Shown piece by piece: positions 8,061 to 15,422 of a stretch of DNA of 22,734 bases. Position 1 is the stretch's first letter. Each line of letters begins with the position of its first letter. Origin of the DNA: a bacterium (lineage in GTDB: Bacteria; Electryoneota; Electryoneia; Electryoneales; Electryoneaceae); the NCBI GenBank assembly GCA_043801585.1, contig JAZDLX010000009.1, positions 1-22,734 of the forward strand, given 5' to 3'. Both the position numbers and the translations under genes were made by a program. The notes under the pieces are model-generated. The model was given only the letters and a program-made list of their open reading frames with translations. It was not told the DNA's origin and did not search any database.

Positions 8061-9185
8061 TTACAGGGTTTCTCCCGCGCCAAAGTAAAAGAGACCGGCT
8101 CCGCCCGGGGTAAATCCAAGATCGAAAAAAAAGACCAGTTCAGGGGGAAGCACCATGCGGAAACTGAGTCCATATCCCTGGCGGGTTCGTTTCCAGCCCC
8201 CGTAGTCCGGGTCGGCCACGGCCCCGAAATCGGCGAACGGGGCCAACTCCAGATCGAGATTCCATGTTGGGAAGAAGGGCAGGAAGAATTGGGCAACGTC
8301 GGTGAACAGGGTGACCCCGCTCGCTACACGGCAGGGAGCCTGAATGCGTGCGGCGATCAACCGGCGGCCGTAATCGCGGTTGAACGGTTGCCCACGCAGG
8401 GTCGATTCACCTCCCACGGAATAGCGCACACTTGTGGGAGCCTCGCTCTGCATGTCCATGCGGAGACGTCCGTACAGACGAAGCCGGTCTGTCAGGGGTT
8501 TCACGGCGGCAGCCCACAAATTCGCCGCGATTGTGAAACGTGGAGTGCTGTACTCGTGCCCGTCGGCACGACCGGCGCGGAGAGCTCCGTCAAGGATAAC
8601 CCCATCGAGTGGCCGTGTCGCACTGGTTGTACGCCAGCGTGCGCGTAAACCGACCATCGCAATCGAACCCGAACGGTACCGGGGAAGTGAATTGACGTCC
8701 AGAGCTGCGCCATCGGGTGTTTCAGGCTCGAGACCCTGGTCGAATTCGAACCACACGTCCGGGCCGATTTCAAAGGTGGAGGTCTGTTTGTGGAGCGCGG
8801 AGAGCTTCACTTCCATACGCTGAAGCAGCGCCTCCGCAATCGGGTCCGGTAACGCCCCGGCGTCCGGGTAGATTCCTGCAGGATTGAGCCATTCGCGAAA
8901 GGCGAAGACATAGGTCGTCCCTGGGGTGCCGGCCTCTCCCTTGAAGGTGATTCCCGATTGCCGCTTGGAGGAGACCGCTCCGTGGATCAGCATACTGGTA
9001 TAAAGTTGTTTTTGCAATCCGAGGCCAAGGCCCACGACAACGCCGAAATCAGGATCCACAGTGACATAGGGTGCGCCAAGAAATTCCCATCGGGAAGAAA
9101 CCGCTGTCGTGGAATCCCGGTCGGCGGAAAATCCGGTGAACGGAAGAAGGACGAAAACCAGAAGAGTGCAAATGCGCAACCTCAT
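8061..9185 (-). CDS. Omp85/BamA-TamA superfamily outer-membrane beta-barrel without POTRA domains
   Basis: Signal peptide; PYVTVDPDFGVVVG first strand; amphipathic strands; loop-6-like VGGESTLRGQPFNRDYG; FADFGAV; GYGLSFR. AAAGGA RBS before the ATG at 9185. Confidence 0.75.
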   Translation of the reverse strand: MRLRICTLLVFVLLPFTGFSADRDSTTAVSSRWEFLGAPYVTVDPDFGVVVGLGLGLQKQLYTSMLIHGAVSSKRQSGITFKGEAGTPGTTYVFAFREWLNPAGIYPDAGALPDPIAEALLQRMEVKLSALHKQTSTFEIGPDVWFEFDQGLEPETPDGAALDVNSLPRYRSGSIAMVGLRARWRTTSATRPLDGVILDGALRAGRADGHEYSTPRFTIAANLWAAAVKPLTDRLRLYGRLRMDMQSEAPTSVRYSVGGESTLRGQPFNRDYGRRLIAARIQAPCRVASGVTLFTDVAQFFLPFFPTWNLDLELAPFADFGAVADPDYGGWKRTRQGYGLSFRMVLPPELVFFFDLGFTPGGAGLFYFGAGETL

Positions 9186-9273
9186 CAAGCATCCTTTGCG
9201 AGTGACTTGTCATTCCCGTGAAAGTGGGAATCCAGGCTGCAAATGCGCAACCGCATGAAGCATCTTTTGCGAG
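9167..9273. repeat. 36-bp imperfect direct repeat pair (9167-9202, 9238-9273; 33/36 identical) enclosing a dRS3/CGTC-type palindrome
   Basis: TGCAAATGCGCAACCTCATCAAGCATCCTTTGCGAG vs TGCAAATGCGCAACCGCATGAAGCATCTTTTGCGAG. The 35-nt spacer contains GTC-ATTCCC-GTGAAAGT-GGGAAT-CCAG. Confidence 0.9.
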
Positions 9274-9430
9274 AGGGTCCAATGCTGGCGAAAGATAAAT
9301 GTGTTACAGGGCGCGGAGTCGTGATCGTGGAGGCCAAATGGAGTGGAGGTGGAGACGTCCTTGGGATGCGATCGCTGGAGGGAAAACCTATCTTAGGGCA
9401 CCATCCACCTGAAGCGGGGAGAACAGGTAA

Positions 9431-10309
9431 GTGATTATTCCATTTATCAGAATGTTGCGGCCGAGACAATGGATAAAAAATGTTCTGGTCTTTGCCGGGA
9501 TTATTTTTTCCCAGAATTATCATGATGCGGCGAGTTGGCTCGTCTCGCTCGAGATGTTCATTGCATTCTCCCTGGTTGCCAGCGCGATCTATATCATCAA
9601 CGACATCTGTGATGCACCCCTCGATCGTCTCCACCCGGTGAAAAAGTACCGCCCCATCGCCACCGGCGAGATCGACCCACGGTTCGGAGGAATGCTGGCG
9701 GTGATCCTGCTCGTGGTGGGTTTGACCTGGTCGTGGAAAATCGACTCCTGGGTCTTCCAGATCATGGTGGGCTACACGGTGATGATGATCGCCTACAGCC
9801 TTCTTTTGAAAAAAATTCTCCTGATGGACGTATTCATCATCGCCATTGGTTTCATGATGCGCCCCATGGCGGGGGCGGCGGCTATCGGCGTGATCATCAG
9901 CAAATGGTTGATGATCTGCGCATTCTTCATCGGGTTGACCCTGGCCCTGATCAAACGGCGTCAGGAGCTGGCACGGCTTGAAGGCGACGCGGAGAAGGGC
10001 CGCGCGAGTTTGTGGGATGCTCCGCCTTTGCAGATCTGGGATCACTGGATCATGATGATCTCCGCAGTGACGGTTGTCGGATACACCCTGTACACAATTG
10101 ATCCGATCACCGTGGCTCATGTCGGCAGCCAGAAATTGCTCTACACGACTCCGGTGGTTGTGTTTGCCCTGTTTCGCTATCATGTGCAATCCTACGCCCG
10201 GGGAAGCGGCGAGGATCCCACCGAAGTCGTCCTGAGCGATCCGTGGATCCTCTTTTCGATTGTTGCCTGGATTGCGGTTGTGATGTTCGTTTTCATGGGA
10301 TGGATCTGA
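9431..10309 (+). CDS. Polyprenyl(decaprenyl)-phosphate phosphoribosyltransferase, UbiA family (Rv3806c-like)
   Basis: LRPRQWIKNVLVF, YIINDICD..LDRLHPVKKYRPIATG, AYSLLLK, KRRQE, EDPT; multiple TM segments; followed by DprE1/E2 homologues. Confidence 0.92.
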   Translation: MIIPFIRMLRPRQWIKNVLVFAGIIFSQNYHDAASWLVSLEMFIAFSLVASAIYIINDICDAPLDRLHPVKKYRPIATGEIDPRFGGMLAVILLVVGLTWSWKIDSWVFQIMVGYTVMMIAYSLLLKKILLMDVFIIAIGFMMRPMAGAAAIGVIISKWLMICAFFIGLTLALIKRRQELARLEGDAEKGRASLWDAPPLQIWDHWIMMISAVTVVGYTLYTIDPITVAHVGSQKLLYTTPVVVFALFRYHVQSYARGSGEDPTEVVLSDPWILFSIVAWIAVVMFVFMGWI

Positions 10310-10343
10310 ACACGTTTCGAACGTTAACGTTGGACCTTGACGC

Positions 10344-11918
10344 ATGGCTGCAAAGAAAGAAAACGTCTCGAAGAAAAAAACGGATCGCAAGAGAAAAGCG
10401 GGCGACAGAAAACCCTTGGTCAAGGTCAAATCCGCCCCGTCCTCGGCGAAATCCGCGCGAACATCCGCATCCCCGAAAGCCGCGAAGCCGGCCCGTCGAA
10501 AGAAAAGCATACCTCGTGGAAAAACAGCGGTTAAAGGGCGAGTTTCCAAACCACGCCTGACACGCGAACAACTTTCGGGATGGGGTCGGTCTGACCGTGC
10601 CTGGAGCCTTGGGCTCACTCCTGACAGCCTGGAAACACTCGAGTCCGTAGTTGGAATGAAGGAGCCGCATCATCGCATCGCACGCGGACTCGGACGCGCT
10701 TATGGCGACGCGGCGACGAACGATGGTGGCCTGACGGTTCATTTCGACCGGTTGGATCGCGCGGTCAGTTTTGACGCTCAGAACGGAGTGCTCGTCGCCG
10801 AGGCGGGGATGACTCTCAACGACATCCTGCGCCTCGCCCTGCCGCACGGATGGTTTCTTCCGGTGATCCCCGGCACCGCACACCCGACACTCGGCGGTTC
10901 CATCGCCTGCGACGTACACGGCAAGAACCATCATCAGGCGGGCACGATCGGCGCGCACCTTCAATGGATCGAACTGATTGCGGCGAACGGCGAGCGGATG
11001 CGCTGCGGACCCAGGCGGAACAAGGCGCTCTATCAGGCGACCGCAGGCGGGATGGGATTGACCGGCCTGATCTATCGCGCTGCATTGCGAATGAAGAAGA
11101 TCGAAACCTCCTGGATCGTCGAGGAGTCCTACCGGGTCGATAATCTGCGGGACATGATGGCGCGGCTTTCGGCGCCGGATGCAACTCATCCCTATACTGT
11201 CTCCTGGATGGATGGAACGGCGACAGGCAGGCATCTCGGGCAGGGACAGGTTCTCCTCGGACGGCACGCCGGTCTGTCCGATCTTTCAGGTGAAGCGCGG
11301 AAGCATCCCCTGGTTTTTCATGAAAAGGGAGCGTTGACTGTCCCCCTTGTGCCGCCCTTTTCCTTCGTCAACAACCCCTCGATACGCGCATTCAACTTCC
11401 TTCGCATGCAAACGGCGTCCCGCAGCGGAAGGACGAGGGTCGTCCCGTTCCGGCCTTTTTTCTACCTGCTCGATGCCGTGATGGAGTGGAATCGGGTCTA
11501 TGGTCCGCGAGGGTTTTACCAGTACCAGTACGTTGTTCCGTTTGATGGGGCGGGAGAGGTGCTGCAGGAAACGATCGACTGTCTTCAGAAAGCCGGAACC
11601 CCGCCATCGCTGATTGTCCTGAAGCGGTTCGGGGAACAGGGAGACGGGATGCTCTCGTTTCCGAAACCGGGTTGGACGATTGCGATCGACATTCCCGTTT
11701 CGCTCAAGCTCGAAAAGGTGCTCGACAAGCTGGACGAGGTGCTGCTCGGCGCGGATGGCAGGATCTACCTCGCCAAGGATGCGCGGATGAAACCGGACAC
11801 CTTTCGCAGGATGTACTCGCGGTTCGATGAATGGCTCAAGATCAAACAACAGGTCGATCCGGATTGGCATTTCTCCTCAAATCTTTCCCGGCGGTTGAAA
11901 ATGGAGGAGGGGGTATGA
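10344..11918 (+). CDS. dprE1: DprE1-like FAD-linked polyprenyl-phosphoribose 2'-oxidase with a basic N-terminal extension
   Basis: LSGWGR, IARGLGRAYGDAA, PVIPGT..TLGG.IACDVHGKNHH, TAGGMGLTG, WNRVYGPRGFYQYQ, LKRFG, SFPKPGWT, GRIYLAKD, SNLSRRL. Confidence 0.9.
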   Translation: MAAKKENVSKKKTDRKRKAGDRKPLVKVKSAPSSAKSARTSASPKAAKPARRKKSIPRGKTAVKGRVSKPRLTREQLSGWGRSDRAWSLGLTPDSLETLESVVGMKEPHHRIARGLGRAYGDAATNDGGLTVHFDRLDRAVSFDAQNGVLVAEAGMTLNDILRLALPHGWFLPVIPGTAHPTLGGSIACDVHGKNHHQAGTIGAHLQWIELIAANGERMRCGPRRNKALYQATAGGMGLTGLIYRAALRMKKIETSWIVEESYRVDNLRDMMARLSAPDATHPYTVSWMDGTATGRHLGQGQVLLGRHAGLSDLSGEARKHPLVFHEKGALTVPLVPPFSFVNNPSIRAFNFLRMQTASRSGRTRVVPFRPFFYLLDAVMEWNRVYGPRGFYQYQYVVPFDGAGEVLQETIDCLQKAGTPPSLIVLKRFGEQGDGMLSFPKPGWTIAIDIPVSLKLEKVLDKLDEVLLGADGRIYLAKDARMKPDTFRRMYSRFDEWLKIKQQVDPDWHFSSNLSRRLKMEEGV

Positions 11919-12658
11919 GCGCCTGGTTGATTACCGGGGCCACTGGAGGCATCGCTTCCGCGGTGGCGCGGGAACTCGCTGCACGAGGTCACCGTCTTGC
12001 GCTCGCGGACCTACCGGAAACTCAGCGGCGTCTTGCTTCCGACGCCGAAGATCTTCGAGTGCGGTTCTCGGTAAAGGTTGACACGTTCCTCTTTGACGCC
12101 GTCACCCGCAAGAAACACGAATCACTGTTGAATGAAATCGAGAAACAGGTTGGCGATCTGGATGGAATCCTGTGGACCGTCGGCGTGATGTGGCCACAGG
12201 AGGAGCTGACTTCCGACGGTGAGAAAGCCGCCCGGCACCATGAGGTCAATTACGTCTCCGCGATGCATTTCCTCGGCCTGGTGGCGGACCGCTTCGAGCA
12301 CCGGAAGAGTGGAATGATTGTGGCCATCGGCAGTCCCGCGGGGGATCGGGGACGGGCGTCCAACTATCTGTATGGCGCTGACAAGGCTGCCCTTCATGTG
12401 TTCATGCAGGGGCTTCGTCAACGGCTTGCTCCTGCCGGGGTTCACGTGTTGACGATCAAGCCCGGCCCCACCCGGACTCCGATGACCGCCGGAATGGAAA
12501 AGTTGCCGTTGCCATCGACCCCCGCCGTGGTTGCGAAGGGTATCGTCCGGGCGATTGAGAAAAAACGTGAAGTCGCCTATGTGCCTGGAATCTGGCGTGC
12601 TATCATGCTGGTCCTTCGCCACATTCCGGAGGCGGTGTTCAAGAAAATGAAGATGTAG
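11915..12658 (+). CDS. dprE2: DprE2-like short-chain dehydrogenase/reductase
   Basis: ATG at 11915 overlaps the dprE1 stop (ATGA) after GGAGGAGG. ITGATGGIA, S.AGDRGRASNYLYGADK (YxxxK), IKPGPTRTPMT, YVPGIWRAIM...IPE.VFK. Confidence 0.88.
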   Translation: MSAWLITGATGGIASAVARELAARGHRLALADLPETQRRLASDAEDLRVRFSVKVDTFLFDAVTRKKHESLLNEIEKQVGDLDGILWTVGVMWPQEELTSDGEKAARHHEVNYVSAMHFLGLVADRFEHRKSGMIVAIGSPAGDRGRASNYLYGADKAALHVFMQGLRQRLAPAGVHVLTIKPGPTRTPMTAGMEKLPLPSTPAVVAKGIVRAIEKKREVAYVPGIWRAIMLVLRHIPEAVFKKMKM

Positions 12659-12842
12659 CTCAATTGTTCCAGCGATTCCAGAAGGCTCTTGTAGATTGCT
12701 TCGTGGGATGCCCCGTCCGCCAACTGGCGGACTAAGGACCCGATGTAACGATTAGAATTATTGTGATGTGTGTATCCATGTGAAACCCGGGACTGAAGTC
12801 CCGGGCCACCCGCCCGTGGTGTTCGTGAAGATGAAGATGTAG
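12634..12842. repeat. 25-bp imperfect direct repeat of the dprE2 3' end (12634-12658, 12818-12842; 22/25) enclosing 159 bp with palindromic elements
   Basis: GGTGTTCAAGAAAATGAAGATGTAG vs GGTGTTCGTGAAGATGAAGATGTAG. Internal hairpins GTCCGCCA-AC-TGGCGGAC (12715-12732) and CCCGGGAC-TGAA-GTCCCGGG (12786-12805). Confidence 0.85.
12786..12809 (-). repeat. GTAG/GTGG-type REP-like element
   Basis: Minus strand reads GTGG-CCCGGGAC-TTCA-GTCCCGGG: a tetranucleotide foot directly followed by a perfect 8-bp stem. Confidence 0.65.
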
Positions 12843-12856
12843 GGGGACTCTATCGG

Positions 12857-12945
12857 GCAGAAAAATATACCAGGTACAATAGTGGCGAGAATTTCATGGT
12901 GACGTGGACACTGACGGTAGAAAAGTACCTGGTACATTTTTCTGC
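12857..12945. repeat. 21-bp inverted repeat pair (REP doublet / MITE-like)
   Basis: GCAGAAAAATATACCAGGTAC (12857-12877) vs GTACCTGGTACATTTTTCTGC (12925-12945), one mismatch, 47-nt spacer. Confidence 0.8.
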
Positions 12946-12964
12946 GTCAGCGAACGAGGATTAG

Positions 12965-13885
12965 TTAATTCCCCTCAGGTTGAAGTAACGCCTTTCGCAG
13001 TGCGTTCTCGACAGCTTTGCGCAATGCGGTGCCGGTTGTTGTTGCTCCACTCACGGCGTCCACATCCACACGGTTGTCCCGGACCATCTTCTGGAGCGTC
13101 AATTCCGCAAGGTTCGCATAGAACGTCTTGCGGTTATTCAACGCCCTCACCGAGGTCAATCGGTCATTCTTGACTGTCACCTCAATCTCGTAGGGGAATC
13201 CGAGGGTGGCGAATCCGGTGTACGTCCCGTCGGGGATCGTTGCAACGGAAATGGGTTCGACGGCCATCCGGCGAAAAGCGGCGATTTACGCATTTCCCAG
13301 GACAATGATTACGATGACGATCAACAGGGCTGCGCTGACGATCAACCGCACTCGAAACAGCGATTTTGCAGAAAACGGTTTGACTCCCTTTCGCATCCTC
13401 CACGGTTTCAGGACAGCGAGGAGAAAGAGCAGGGCGACGAGTACGAGAGCAACTGAGAGGGCAGCAAGCTCACGTGTCTCGAAACGGGCATATCCGTCCC
13501 ATCCGGAAACATTTCCCGGTTCCAGCGTGTCGCTGAAAGCCGCCAGTCCGGAAAGTGCGGGGGCCAGCAGATAAACAGCCATTCCCAATAACAGGACGGA
13601 CAGAATCCATTTTCCGACGACCCACCAGTATTGGAAGAAACCCCATTTCGTATAGAGCGACATCAGGAACGCTGTCAGAAGGACACAATAGAAACCGATC
13701 TGAATGACATGATCGAAGAGGAACACGGACGCGCCGTCCAGAATGGGTGCGCCAGTGGGCCACCACCTTTCCGTCATTTTCATCGCTCGCAGGCCGAGCA
13801 GCGCGAGGACACCTCCTAGGATGACCCCTGCTGCGGCGATGTGCGCCGCTTTCAGGATCTTGCGAGCAGCGGTTGACAGATTCAT
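12965..13885 (-). pseudogene. DUF2269-like multi-TM protein + C-terminal FMN-binding (flavinylation) domain, interrupted by one in-frame TAA at 13288-13286
   Basis: ORFs 13286-13885 and 12965-13267 share a frame: ...GGA AAT GCG TAA ATC GCC GCT TTT CGC CGG ATG.... N-part: WGFFQYWWVVGKW, VLKPW. C-part: IPDGTYTG, VDVDAVSGAT. Confidence 0.72.
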
Positions 13886-14037
13886 TGCCGATCCCCTTTG
13901 CAATCGTTTGAACAGGATAAAGATGATGTGAGAGGAATGTCTTTTGGGAAATTCCGTTCAGCCATTTGATTTCCATGCGCCTCGCCGGAGTCGGTCCAGT
14001 GACCGCCCGAACGGGATGTGGAGCCTTATCTTCCGGC

Positions 14038-14490
14038 ATGATCCGACTACCAAAAAAGGCTCTCGTCTCCGCCTGCCTGCTGGGAGTGCGCTGCCGTCAC
14101 GACGGCGGACATTCGAAAGCAGATATCATCGGCACATTCAGTGAGGAGGTTGATCTGATTCCGGTGTGCCCGGAGCAACTCGGCGGGTTGTCCACTCCAC
14201 GTCCTCCCGTACAGCTTTCAGGCGGTGACGGCGGCGACGTGATTGATGGAAAGGCGCGTGTCCTGGGTGTTGATGACGGTGAGGACCGAACGGCGGAATT
14301 GCTGCGGGGAGCGTCAACCGTTCTCGATCTGGCACGTCTCTACGGTGTGAAAGAGGCCTATCTGAAGGGACGGAGTCCATCTTGTGGCTGTGGTGCGGTC
14401 TGGTGCGACGGAGAGAAAGTGGCGGGGGATGGGGTGACGACAGCTCTTTTGAAACGTCACGGGATTCAGGTCCGGGAGGTCAATCCGTGA
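14038..14490 (+). CDS. DUF523 / YbbK family Fe-S protein (2-/4-thiouracil desulfidase TudS-like)
   Basis: LVSACLLGVRCRHDG, PVCPEQLGGLSTPRPP, LKGRSPSCG, GDGVTTALL. Confidence 0.9.
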   Translation: MIRLPKKALVSACLLGVRCRHDGGHSKADIIGTFSEEVDLIPVCPEQLGGLSTPRPPVQLSGGDGGDVIDGKARVLGVDDGEDRTAELLRGASTVLDLARLYGVKEAYLKGRSPSCGCGAVWCDGEKVAGDGVTTALLKRHGIQVREVNP

Positions 14491-15422
14491 ACGAAGTTGC
14501 GCTTCGAGTTGCGATTGTCGGTTACGGCCGAGTGGGTGGCTCCCTGGCGAAAGCGCTGCAGTCGTCTGGTGCAAAGATCGTCAACATCGGCGAACATCCG
14601 GACAGCCCGAACGTTGCCAGAGCCGTAGACGATGGATTCCGAGTGCTCCCCGTTGAACACATGGACACCGATGTCGATCTGCTTGTTGTCGCTGTGCCGG
14701 ACACAGAAATCGAAAATGTTGCAAGGGTTCTCGTGGAGAGCGCCGGGGCACCTTTCGGGAAACAGGATGCAGGTTTGGAGAGTGATAAGAACGGAGACAT
14801 CGTTCGCACGGCGATGCACCTTTCCGGGCGGTTGGGTCTCGATCCGTTGAATTCATTGGGTGAATGCGGTTTCGCCCGGCTCGCTTGGCATCCGATCCAG
14901 ACATTTCCCCCCGGCGTGGAGGGATCGCGTTTTCGGGGAATTACCGCTGGGGTCACAGCGGATGTCGAAGCCATGCCGACAGCTCGTTGGCTGTGTGAGT
15001 TGCTGGACGTCCGGATGCTTGAGGTACCTGAAAATCGCAGGGCGGATTATCACCTGGCTTCGGTACTGGCTTCGAACTTCCTCCCCCTGCTGCTTGACCT
15101 GGGGGCGGATCGGCTGAAGGAAATCGCACCGGACCGGGAAACCGCGCTCCGTGCCTTGTGGCCACTCGTTGCGGGGATGACCGAGAGCCTTGGCGAGCTG
15201 CCGCCGGAACTTGCGATGACCGGGCCTGTTGTAAGGAACGACCTGGAGGGAGTCAAGGCGCACCTTGCCGTCCTGCAACCGGATCTTCGAGCGCTTTACG
15301 AGTTGCTGACACTTGCCCTTGTGGACATGGCACACCGGAGCGGCTTGCTGGACGTCGAGCAGGTGAAGTCCTGGGTGCGCGAGCTTGGAAATGGAAATGG
15401 AAGGAGCGGGAGAGCACAGTGA
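14487..15422 (+). CDS. Rossmann-like + DUF2520 oxidoreductase (PanG-like putative ketopantoate reductase)
   Basis: GTG overlaps the upstream stop. IVGYGRVGGSLA, AVPD, HLSG, HPIQTF, YHLASVLASN, TGPVVRND...H. Confidence 0.85.
   Translation: MNEVALRVAIVGYGRVGGSLAKALQSSGAKIVNIGEHPDSPNVARAVDDGFRVLPVEHMDTDVDLLVVAVPDTEIENVARVLVESAGAPFGKQDAGLESDKNGDIVRTAMHLSGRLGLDPLNSLGECGFARLAWHPIQTFPPGVEGSRFRGITAGVTADVEAMPTARWLCELLDVRMLEVPENRRADYHLASVLASNFLPLLLDLGADRLKEIAPDRETALRALWPLVAGMTESLGELPPELAMTGPVVRNDLEGVKAHLAVLQPDLRALYELLTLALVDMAHRSGLLDVEQVKSWVRELGNGNGRSGRAQ

Noticed and set aside
9167..9273. Repeat-spacer-repeat with CRISPR-like sizes (36-bp repeats, 35-bp spacer)
   Set aside because: Only two repeats, one overlapping a coding start. 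The spacer, not the repeat, is the palindrome, and no cas genes are present.
10320..10331. Perfect 12-bp palindrome AACGTTAACGTT between ubiA and dprE1
   Set aside because: A single short occurrence inside an operon gap; not enough to call an operator.
9185..10618. 477-aa minus-strand ORF
   Set aside because: Antisense shadow of the ubiA and dprE1 genes with no recognisable motifs. Only its last 23 codons are kept as a candidate uORF.
15158..15418. Long N-terminal extensions given by the ORF track (also at 441, 11831, 13966, 14382, 16807, 17436, 18162)
   Set aside because: Most overlap upstream genes. Downstream starts with stop/start overlaps or an RBS match the family N-termini better.
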